Positions 50,114 through 60,600 of a stretch of DNA of 64,000 nt are shown here, piece after piece (the first letter of the stretch is position 1; each line of letters opens with the position of its first letter). The DNA is from a virus. The translations under genes were made by a program, and so were the position numbers. The stretch lies in IMG/VR virus record IMGVR_UViG_2630968645_000001; one strand, 5' to 3'. The notes below the pieces were generated by a model. That model worked only from the letters and a program-made list of their open reading frames with translations. It was not told where the DNA came from and made no database searches.

Positions 50114-50584
50114 ATGCGGGCTGAACGCTGCTACACATTGAATGAAGAAACGGAGATACGGGTTGGAAATTGTTTTTTTACCCGTGATGATTTGATTTTG
50201 ATGTATATCGACAGCGGCATGGACGTTTTAAGTTTGGCAAAATCATTGCATATCGGACGGCCAAGGATGGAACGAATACTGGACAAGTTTAACATTCCGA
50301 GAAACTGGCATGCGGAGTTGACACCACGGCATTTACGGGTATTGCGCTTTATTAAATATTTTCAGACGCGCAACAAACGGAGTCCTACAAATTTGGAAAT
50401 TTCAAAAGCATTGAGACTATCGCCCGGTTGCACGAACTATCATCTCAAAAAATTAAAAGCACACGGATATGTAGACTGGAAAAGGTACAGCAGCGGTACA
50501 TTCAAATTAACCAAAAAAGGGGAAGGTTGGTGCCGGAATGCCCACACATTTAATCTATTCTGCTTGGAAGAAGACGAAGGATGA
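50114..50584 (+). CDS. Dual-HTH regulator with LexA-type DNA-binding C-terminal domain
   Basis: LTPRHLRVLRFIKYF...SPTNLEISKALRLSPGCTNYHLKKL; overlaps the csf1 start. Confidence 0.7.
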   Translation: MRAERCYTLNEETEIRVGNCFFTRDDLILMYIDSGMDVLSLAKSLHIGRPRMERILDKFNIPRNWHAELTPRHLRVLRFIKYFQTRNKRSPTNLEISKALRLSPGCTNYHLKKLKAHGYVDWKRYSSGTFKLTKKGEGWCRNAHTFNLFCLEEDEG

Positions 50585-51293
50585 AAACGGTGTGATCTGG
50601 CAGAACACGAAAGACGGAAAAGGAAATGAGATCATACGGAATATTAAGTTTGTAGACCCGATGCAGCATAAGGACATGGAGGAACATACCGGGGCCTGCT
50701 TCCTCTGTGGAAAGCAAATGACACACGGGATGAAGCTGAAAAAGGTATTCTCAAACGTATTCACGGACTGGAACCAGGCAAAAAACCCGTCCGGTACCCA
50801 CGTCTGCCCGGCCTGCTGCTTTTCAATTTTGACCACAAAGGAACGGTACGGATTGAGAACATTCTCCAATGTGGCGAATGAAGAACACCTGTGGCTGCCG
50901 AACCGGGTGGAAATGCGAGAATTCTTGCTGCGGCCACCTGATCCTCCTTTTGTGGTCAACCTGGCCGTTTCGCAGAAAAAGCACATTGCCTTTAAAGGGG
51001 AGGTTAATTATTCACGCGACATATTTACGGTCATGTACGAGGAAATGCCGGTGCTGATTGTATTAAAAAAATTTAAAAAGCTACTAACAATAGTTGAACA
51101 TTTTTTATATGGCTTTACCAAAACTGAAATCACAACAGGAGAATATAGTCAAAAGCGGATCCTTGATTTTGGGATCGATGCATGGGAAGCCTTTGAAGAA
51201 CAGGTAAAACCATACCGGGGTACGCCATTTTTAGACGTCGTTATGTTTGTGGCACAAAGAATAGAAAACGAGGAGCATTCCTGTAATGAAGGA
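50538..51293 (+). CDS. csf1: Type IV CRISPR large subunit Csf1 (Cas8-like); last few codons displaced by IS110
   Basis: CFLCG and CPACC Zn ligands, FSNVFTDWN, PPDPPFVVNLAVSQKKH, GFTKTEITTGEY; native end ...NEGGKLR* at 53089. Confidence 0.85.
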
Positions 51294-53074
51294 AATTTGA
51301 GGTTTGCACAAAAAAGAGCCCCCCTGGTATGATACGAGGTGTCCAGAGCTTCAAAAGCAAGAATGGACCCTTAATTGATATCCAGGGAGGACTCACCATG
51401 AATTATACCCAGAATCACAAGATTTCGCAAATCACGACATCAACGCTCATTATCGGCATTGATGTAGCGAAGGACAAACATGTCGCACGAGCGCAGGATG
51501 ACAGAGGCATTGAGTTTGGCAAACGTCTGATCTTTGAAAATCGATTTCATGGCTTTCAAACCCTGTTGGATTGGATGGAAAGACTAAGAAAACAGAACCA
51601 TAAAGACCATGTGATTTTCGGGTTGAACCAACAGGGCATTTTTGGCTGAGCCTTGCCTATTTTCTTAAGGCTAAGGGTTATGATTTTGTTTTGGTCAACC
51701 CGATGCACGTCAAGAAAAGCAAAGAGCTGGATGACAATTCGCCAACGAAAAATGATACGAAAGATGCCAAAGTGATTGCACAGCTGATTAAGGACGGGCG
51801 ATACTCCGTACCCAATCTCCTGGACGGCATTTATGCCGAACTGAGAGAAGGCGCCAAATTAAGAGATCAGCTCGTTAAACAGCTTATGATCACAGATGGC
51901 CGTATTCAAAACGTTATTCAGCGCTACTTTCCGGAGTTTTTTGACGTATTTAAAGACTGGGAAGGCAAAGCGGCCCTTTGTACCTTAAAAAGTTTTCCAT
52001 TTCCTTCACAAATCAAGGAAATGACTCCTGAAGAAGTGCTTGAGAAATGGAAGACACAGGTTAAAAGAGGTGTCGGCATCAAAAAGGCAACAAAGCTTGT
52101 GGAAGCAGCCAGAAAGAGTATTGGCATTCAAGTTGGCATGAAGTTTGCCAAACGGGAAATAGACTGCCTGCTTGAGCAGTATGAGCTTTACAATCAACAA
52201 ATCCAACAGTTGGATCAAGAACTGGAAAGCCTGGTAGAAGATCTACCGGGAGCCAGGCAAATGATGGCTATCCCAGGCCTGGGAAAGACCACAGTCGCTT
52301 TATTTTTCGCTGAGGTGGGTGACATTACAAAGTATAGCCACCCCCAACAGCTTGTAAATTTAGCAGGGCTCTCATTGAAAGAACATAGTTCAGGGAAGTT
52401 TAAAGGGCAAACAACCATCACCAAACGGGGAAGAAAGAGGCTTCGAAGAGCCTTGTATCTGGCAATTCGCCCGCTGGTTGTGCACAATCCGGCGTTTAAA
52501 GCCCTGCACCAATATTATACAAAGCGCCCTAAACACCCGTTGAAGAAACAGCAGTCACTCATAGCCTTGTGTTGTAAGTTATTGCGTGTCCTATTTGCCA
52601 TTGGCAACAAGCAATGCGATTTTGATGGGGCAAAATTATTGCAAGGATTGCCTCAAATAGAAACATTACAGGTAGCTTAAAAAAGCAAGGTAGCTCTTAA
52701 ATACAGCTTTATTCCGAATAAAACACCAATAGTGCAGAGCCGGAGTTTATTTATTCCATTCGGGCATTATGACCCAGTCGAGGAGCATATCCGGCCTCCA
52801 CCTCATGGATACGCAGGACGAAGGAATGTGTGGACCCCGATCCTGGGAGACATAGGAGGGTGAGCGACCGTGAGTTGTGTGGAGATTTTATGCACGGTTA
52901 TACCTTTTCGTTTACCAAATATATCCAATTTGGTTGTTAGGATGGACCTTACCCTGCAAGAAAATTCTGCTTATATCTATTTAGAGGTGTGACAACGATT
53001 AGGTGTAAATCAAATACCTATGAAATTTGGAGAATATGCGAGTAAATGAGAGATAATTGAACTTTATTGAAGGA
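51294..53074 (+). mobile_element. IS110-family element; transposase frameshifted
   Basis: Shared core TGAAGGA at 51287 and 53068; IGIDVAKD, NPMHVK...KNDTKDA, SSGKFKG...ITKRGRKRLR motifs; one base missing near 51620. Confidence 0.9.
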
Positions 53075-53085
53075 GGAAAACTAAG

Positions 53086-54039
53086 ATGAATCATTACCGT
53101 TTAGAAACCATTTATACATTTGTTGCAACCGTTAAGCCATATCGGGGAAAGTGAATCAACTCAAAGTTTTCTGAACACGGCTACAGTCGTCAACGATGGA
53201 AAGCCGGAGGAAGTATTTGTTTATACGGGAAATGCTTTGAGAGGCATGCTGCGGGACTGTGGGGCGCGTTACTTACTAAACCGGTTAGATATTCGTGTCC
53301 CGTTAAAAGCCTTCCATTTTGCTTTTCAGCGGCGGCTCAATTTGGTGGGGCCCAGGCACTGGATATTGACCAGGCTAAGATCATCCGCAAGGCCCTTCCA
53401 TTTGTCTCCCTATTTGGCGGAGGCGTCGGAAATCAGATTTTGGATGGAAAGCTAAAGCAAACATTTGTTTATCCTGTCTGCAGGGAAACGAACAATATCA
53501 TCCCAAGTTATGTTGAAAAGTCCGACTATAGTTGGAGACATTTTACAAATGTGATTGAGTTTACCCGGAAAGATGACGAGAAGAATGTGAATCTTGCGGA
53601 GCAGTTTTTAATTGGACAAGGAGAACAGCAATTACTCGAGGGAGAAAACCACCAAAAAAGAAGAAAGAAAAGATGGCCCAGCTACACAAATGCGGTACGG
53701 CGTCGAATATTTAGCGGCCGGTACGAAACTATGGCACCGTTGGGATATTATCTGCGATGAATTAGAGCTTGGGGCATTTGTATCAGCCCTGCACGAATGG
53801 CAGAAGCAGCCTTACCTTGGGGGCATGAGCGGCAAGGGTTTTGGATTGGTTGGCAGCCGATATGGAATTGGTAACGGAAGACGGACGCGAAACAATTTGC
53901 ACAGATTGGACAGGAATTTATCAAGCTAGGAACGACCGCAGAACAGGCAAAGGCTGCATATGATGCTCATCTGCAGGAAATGTATGATGCTTATTTAATT
54001 GACAACAAAGAAGAATTCACCAAGCTGCTGGCAGGTTGA
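53086..54039 (+). pseudogene. csf2: Type IV Cas7 (Csf2), six +1 frameshifts as sequenced
   Basis: PLSHIG, GNALRGMLRD, LFSGG, SLFGGGVGNQILDGKL, TRKDD, YLGGMSGKGFG; removing 6 duplicated bases gives 315 aa. Confidence 0.88.
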
Positions 54040-54045
54040 GGTGAA

Positions 54046-54731
54046 ATGAAGAATTTGAAGATCACGGCCCGTCTTTTGGACGGGCGCGTGAACTCCAATG
54101 ATGGCATTTTTAATCTCGACAGCATATTGGCCTATGCGTGGATGTTGGAAAACCATCCGGACGATCTGCTCAATAACAATTTAAAGCCAGATAACCTAAT
54201 AGAACCAGATCTTCCTCTAGCTAAAGATGAGGACGGAAGGTGGAAAGTATCTCTAGGATTTTATAAGCAATATGCTGAAACCGTTGAGTACTGGGCATAA
54301 GAAAGTAAACGATTTTGACCGCGGCTTATTACGTTGATTTTGGTGGAAAGCGCGGCAAAATAAACGGTGCGTCCGGTGAGTTTAAAGCTTACCGCATGCC
54401 ACAAATGATCAGAATCGTAAGTGATATTGAATTTTACGCGGTTGGTGATCCAAACGGGATCCGGCACTTGCTTGCTCATATAACGAATATTGGCAAGAAA
54501 GCATCTCAAGGCTATGGATATATACGAGAATGGGCCATAGAAGAAAGCGAAGACGATTATACAGATATCGGTCCGTATGGAATCATGCGGGCACGCCCGT
54601 TTAAAGGTGAACTTCCGGACGATGGTCAAGCATATCAAATTAAGAAAATACGAATGAAACCGCCCTATCACCTACATACGGGCCAGGTGCCGTGTATTAT
54701 CCCAAATGTAAGGAGAGATCAGCTTGCTTAA
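54046..54731 (+). pseudogene. csf3: Type IV Cas5 (Csf3), two +1 frameshifts as sequenced
   Basis: LDSILAYA, LPLA, GEFKAYRMP, FYAVGD, IGKKASQGYGYIREWAIE; corrected length 227 aa. Confidence 0.85.
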
Positions 54732-55440
54732 AATAAAACTACCTATCCAATTTGATGATGGAAAAGCCATGTATGATGCAGTATTGGCGATCATTCATAA
54801 ACATTCTCCTGTGCTGTCTAAAATGGTTCACGATAACCACGAATACAATCCGTTTAGTATTGAATTGCCTGACATTGTCAATGTGATAGGTTTGGAGATT
54901 GAACCATTTTTTAAAAACCTGAATGGTATCGAAATTTTGCGTGATGTTTCATATAAAGATTTGTTAAATAAGAAATATGACAATGTGACAATTCTCGTAC
55001 AGTTTAACAATACGACGTTTTCCCGAAAAGGATATGATACACCGATCCCAGATCCAAATCATATTTTACAGAGTTTGAAAGACAGGTGGAACCAGCTTTT
55101 TCCAGATAAAATCGATATTAAAATCCCTTTTCACGGTGAAAATACCAGGGAATATACGGTGATTAAATTTTTGAACATACATTCAGCAACGCAAAAAATA
55201 GCCGACTACAGGCCATACACTGTTTTTTATGGAAAAGTTGGATTTAAATTTTACGGAGATGAGGCATACGTTCAAAAAGCAAATATTCTTTTTCGGTTTG
55301 CTGAATTTGCGGGTGTTGGGCTTAAACGGCAAATGGGAATGGGAGTTACAAAAATATTGGCAAAAGGGGACGCGAAAACAAATGATGACAGAAGCAGAGA
55401 AAGAAACGTACATGCTGCGTGCGACGCTGCCGGGATTTAA
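54724..55440 (+). CDS. cas6: Cas6 crRNA-processing endoribonuclease
   Basis: NPFSI, PDPNHILQSLKDRWN, GKVGF, FRFAEFAGVGLKRQMGMG G-rich loop. Confidence 0.9.
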   Translation: MLKIKLPIQFDDGKAMYDAVLAIIHKHSPVLSKMVHDNHEYNPFSIELPDIVNVIGLEIEPFFKNLNGIEILRDVSYKDLLNKKYDNVTILVQFNNTTFSRKGYDTPIPDPNHILQSLKDRWNQLFPDKIDIKIPFHGENTREYTVIKFLNIHSATQKIADYRPYTVFYGKVGFKFYGDEAYVQKANILFRFAEFAGVGLKRQMGMGVTKILAKGDAKTNDDRSRERNVHAACDAAGI

Positions 55441-56158
55441 AAGAAAAGTATCAAGAAGTTTAGAAATTATTCGCGAAGCACTGGCAATAGAAGGCATTAA
55501 GTGGTCTGCATCCGTTAGCTTTGGGAAGGATAGTCTCGTGATGCTGGATTTATTAAGCCAGGTGATGGATGAGATCCCCGTATACTTCATGGATAGCGAC
55601 TATAAACTCCCAGAAATATATGAGACTATTGAATTATCACAGGAGCGATATAAAATAAATATTAGTAGAGCATATTTTGCTGACCGTCGCCCAATACAAG
55701 AGGTTTGGGAAAAGTTCGGAATTCCGGGTATCAATCGAACAACGAACATGCAAAATAAGGCACTCAAAGTTTTAAAGAAGGATGTCTCTGATAAATGGGC
55801 AAAAGAACATGGCTATAACGGAATCTTTTGGGGTATCCGCAAACAAGAATCAGCTCAAAGGAAATGGATGGTCACATCTTTTGGTGTGACATTTGAGAAC
55901 AAGCAGGGATTTTACCGATGTGCGCCCATTGCCTACTGGGATGCAAAAGACGTATGGGCTTATATCGTATCTCGAAATTTGGATTATCCTAAATTATATG
56001 ATTATCAAAAATACCAAACACGCGACTGGATCCGTAACACTGGTTGGGCGACGACAGACGGTGCTGAACGTGGACGTATTATCTGGTTGCGGGAATTCTA
56101 TCCAAACTATTACGATGAGTTGCGGTGGATGCTACCGAAAATAGATGCATATGTTTAA
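55382..56158 (+). CDS. CysH/PAPS-reductase-like protein (type IV-B accessory)
   Basis: SVSFGKDSLVML, FWGIRKQESAQR, PIAYWDAKDVWAYI, YPKLYD; ATG 55382 overlaps the cas6 end. Confidence 0.88.
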   Translation: MMTEAEKETYMLRATLPGFKRKVSRSLEIIREALAIEGIKWSASVSFGKDSLVMLDLLSQVMDEIPVYFMDSDYKLPEIYETIELSQERYKINISRAYFADRRPIQEVWEKFGIPGINRTTNMQNKALKVLKKDVSDKWAKEHGYNGIFWGIRKQESAQRKWMVTSFGVTFENKQGFYRCAPIAYWDAKDVWAYIVSRNLDYPKLYDYQKYQTRDWIRNTGWATTDGAERGRIIWLREFYPNYYDELRWMLPKIDAYV

Positions 56159-56243
56159 GTCTAAGGGAAAAACCCAGGACACTAGATGGCAAGGAAATTG
56201 TCGTTTGGTGTCCTTTTTTATTATCAGGAAGGATGACAGATAT

Positions 56244-57690
56244 TGATGCTAGTATAGTTTCATGGACACCCTTTAGTGAAATATAATATTAACGAAGGGA
56301 TGTGTCCTGATATGGGTAACACAAGCGAAAAACGTAAAAGTTATCATGCTGAATTTAAAGAAATGGTGGTTGAGCTTTATCAAACTGGAACACCAGTAAA
56401 ACAGATCTGCAGCGAATATGGCCTGTCTGAAACGACAATCTACAAATGGATCAGAAAACAAAAACCGGTTAAGCTGGATGACGGGAGCTCTTTTACCCCG
56501 GAAGAATTTCTGAACCTGCAAAAAGAATTGCACCGGCTGAAAGAGGAAAACGAAATCTTAAAAAAAGCTATGGCCATATTCGCAAAGAAGTAGATCAAAC
56601 CACTGTTATATCCATGATTGACGAGATAAGAGCCAAACACCATTATGACCTTAAAACCATGTGTACGGTCCTTGGCGTGCCGAGAAGTACCTACTATCAA
56701 TCCAAACAAAAAAAAGAGTCAAAAACAAAACGGGAAAACCGGGAGTTGACAGACAGAATACGAAAAATCCATACGGAAAGCAAGCAGAGGTACGGAGCGC
56801 CGAAGATCCGCCATATGCTTGAAAAAGAAGGGCTCAAAGTCAGCCTGAAACGGGTTCAGCGTTTGATGAAGGCTGCAGGCATTTATTCCATTATCAGAAA
56901 AAAGTACCGTCCCCATTCCAATAAGGGCAAGATGGAAGAACACGATAACCTGCTGAACCAGGACTTCTCAACGACAACCATCAACGAGAAATGGGTTACG
57001 GATATTACGTACATTCATACTTTGAGAGACGGTTGGTGCTACCTGGCTTCCGTAATGGATTTACATTCCAGAAAGATTGTCGGTTACGCTTTTGACCGCC
57101 ACATGACGACTGAACTGGCTTTAAAGGCAGTAGAAAACGCTTATCAGGCACAACGTCCAGGTCCGGGATTGATCTTGCATTCTGATTTGGGATCCCAGTA
57201 TACAAGCGAGAAATTTGCAGAATACATGGAAAAGAAGCAGTTCAAACACTCCTTCAGTAAAAAAGGTTGCCCATACGATAACGCCTGCATTGAGTCTTTC
57301 CATGCAATTCTGAAAAAGGAAGAGATCTACAGAGTCAACTATTTGAACTTTCAAGCTGCCAAAAGAGCCTTATTCGAATTTATAGAAGGCTGGTACAATC
57401 GGAAACGGATTCATAGCTGCTTGGGCTATATGACGCCACAAGAGACAGAAGACAGTATCAAAGGGGCAGCGTAGTGCTCTTCACAATTTTACAAGCATCC
57501 GCTTTACATGGAGTGGCGGGTGTGGCAGGCTTGTTTGCCATGCGAAAGAAATCATTGCCCCTTTCGCCCTTCGCATAACACCACGCCCGCAGAGGCTCCA
57601 TGTCAAGCGACCAGCGATGTCATGAAAAATATGGCATGAGATCAAAATTAAATTTCACTTATTGGTGTCCAAAATATTGACTTAAATCCA
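56244..57690 (+). mobile_element. IS3-family element (orfA 56311-56593, orfB 56614-57474)
   Basis: TG...CA ends with imperfect IRs ending in TGGACACC; 3-bp TSD TAT; WVTDITY, HSDLGSQY, DNACIESF rve motifs. Confidence 0.93.
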
Positions 57691-60600
57691 TATGGGCACA
57701 TTACGTGGTGAGTTGAAGAAATGGGGAAAGCAGAATCAAAATAAGGAAAATAAGCCACGAGGAAGGCCGAGAAAGACGAAATCAGAGCGATTAAGTCAAC
57801 ACGATATAAAAACACTTATGGGATATTATGATCCCGTATATAAGCGAGGGAGAGGCGGAGCATGGAGAAATGGAAGATGAACAAGCAAGAAATCTCACAG
57901 GCATTAAAGGATTATCATTGGATGATCAACGAAATCAAGAGACAGCGTAAAATGCTGGAGAATGAAGTGAGAAGCAACATCACATCCCAATATGGGGAAG
58001 AATCCGCCTTACCGAAGCCAAAAGGAACAAATAGTGATCCGGTTTACCGTGAAATTTTACGTCGGGAGAAAACGCATCAATGGATTAATCGGCTGCAGAA
58101 GAAAGTTCTATTTATTCAGGAACATGTTGATTGTGTACGAGGAGAACGCGAACGTGCTGTGCTGGAGTGCCTGCTGGACGGGATGAGCGTAATTGCCATT
58201 AGCCGGCACATGGGACTATCAGAAAGGAATATTCGTCTTATACGGGAAGACATTGTCAATGCTATGTATGAAAATGCCGGATTTGCCGGAAATGCCGGAT
58301 TTGCCGGTTTTGCAGGATAGATGCAGCACAAGAAAAAATATATGTAAAATGGAAGGCAGGACCGGAGAGGAAAAATCCGGGGCGTGAGAAATTTCACGAA
58401 AACCATAATTCACCTTGCGGTGAATAATTAAGGGTTCGAGGTTATCCCGGACGAGCTTCTTAATTCGAGACGGGGTAGCAGAAATGTGGACCTGGGTTAA
58501 AACCTTGTCGGTTTCGAGGCTTATTTTATTGCAGGAATTTGCCTTCTTTTGTCGAAGTTATTGACGAAGGGAGGCGAATGAAATGAAGGTTTATGAACTA
58601 ATCAAGGAATTAGAAAACTATCCACATCAAGATGCAGAGATTGGCGTGAATTTCCAAATAACATTAGCACAATCTGATAAAATAATTTCCAATATCACTA
58701 AAGTAAACGGCATCTTGAAACCTTTAAACAAAAATGATAATACGACGGTATTATTAGACACAGAAGAAATCAGAGAAAACATTTAAGCATCCTTCGGGGT
58801 GCTTTTTATTTTGCTCCAAAACAAACACAAATAGTCGGAGGTGGCAGGTGATGTAGCAGGTGACGGACAAATACATTCAAGCTGAAAAAGATTATGTCAA
58901 AGGCATGAAATACAAGGACATTGCTGAAAAATATGGCGTGTCTTTAAATACGGTCAAGTCATGGAAAAAGCGTTATGGTTGGACGCGTGAAAAGGGTGCA
59001 CACAAAGAAAAAAGTGTGCACACAAAAAATAAAAGGGGCGCACCTGTCGGGAATATAAATGCAAAAGGAAATAAAGGCGGTGCGGCTCCAAAAGGAAACC
59101 AAAACGCTGTCACTCACGGTTTCTTCTCCAAATATCTGCCACAGGAATCACTGGACATTCTGGAAGAGATTCAAGAGCATTCTCCCGTCGACATGCTCTG
59201 GGATCAGATAATGATTCAGTATGCTGCTATTATACGAGCGCAGAAAATAATGTTCGTTGAATCAAAAGATGAAATGATCAAGGAGATTAAGAAAACCAAG
59301 TCAGATATCGGGGAGAATTACGAGACGAACGAAGAAGAGTGGGAATTTCAATTCGCTTGGGATCGCCAGGCGACTTTTCTTAACGCCCAATCTCGGGCCA
59401 TGTCAGAACTGCGAAGCTTGATCAAGCAGTTTAATGAACTGGCACACGAAGATGATGAACGCCGTCTGAAGCTTGAACAGATGCAGCTAAACATTGATAA
59501 AACAAAAGCTAAGATTAAGGAAATCACGAATGAAAGCAACCAAGACGACCGGACGATCATCATCAACAACGAGGATGAAATGAGGCGGATTTTGAATGAA
59601 CGCAATCAAGATAACCGACCTGATTAATCCAGTGTTTTATGATTTCTGGCTAAATGAGAAGCCAAACAGTGTGCTAAAAGGCGGCCGTTCATCCATGAAA
59701 TCCTCGGTCATCTCTTTGAAATTGCTTGTTGATTTTTTAAATGATGATCAGGGGAATGTTGTGGTGCTGCGGAAAGTAGGAAAATATCTTTCCACATCCG
59801 TTTATGAACAAATCAAATGGGCCATATACATGCTCAAAGTCGAAAATGAATTCTACTTTGGAAAATCACCATTGATCATTCGGCACAAACGGACGAACAC
59901 GGCTTTTTATTTTTACGGCGTTGATGATCCGATGAAAATCAAATCCGCCAAGATTGCAAAGGGATATGTCATGGCACTTTGGTTCGAGGAACTGGCCGAG
60001 TTCGCAGGCGTCGAGGATATCGATATTGTTTCCGATACATTCATCCGGCAGGACCTGGGCGAAAAGGAAGTAAAAATTTATTATTCTTACAACCCACCTC
60101 GAAACCCGTATGAGTGGGTGAATGAATGGGTAGATAGCAAAGCTAGCGATCCGGATTATTTTGTTCACCATTCAACGTACATGGATGATGAAAAAGGTTT
60201 CTTGTCGCATCAGATGATCCGGAAAATTGAACAATACAAGGAAAATGATCTTGATTACTGGCGCTGGATGTATGCGGGTGAAATTATCGGACTTGGCGAT
60301 ATGGTTTACAATATGAACCATTTCCATTGGATTGATGAATTGCCAAGTGATGATGATCTGCTGCTGATCGATATCGCGATTGACTCCGGATACCAAACAT
60401 CGGCGACAACATTTTGTGCGTTTGGGCTTACAAAACGGCTTAATGTTATTCTGCTCGATACTTTTTACTATTCCCCTCAAAATCGAGTGGTTAAGAAGGC
60501 ACCAAGTGAGTTCTCGGACGACTTGAAAGAGTTTGAAAGGGAACTATCGAGGTTTAAAAGAAACATCGATATGAGGACGATAGACAGTGCAGAAGGAGCG

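Noticed and set aside
48437-56158. Dnd/phosphorothioate or 7-deazaguanine DNA-modification system built on the PAPS-reductase gene
   Set aside because: No cysteine desulfurase, DndD/E or Que/Dpd genes; the CysH-like gene is coupled to cas6 and the csf genes, fitting a type IV accessory role.
56158-57880. CRISPR array next to the type IV operon
   Set aside because: No regularly spaced repeats were seen on either side of the operon; downstream there is only a terminator-like hairpin and the IS3.
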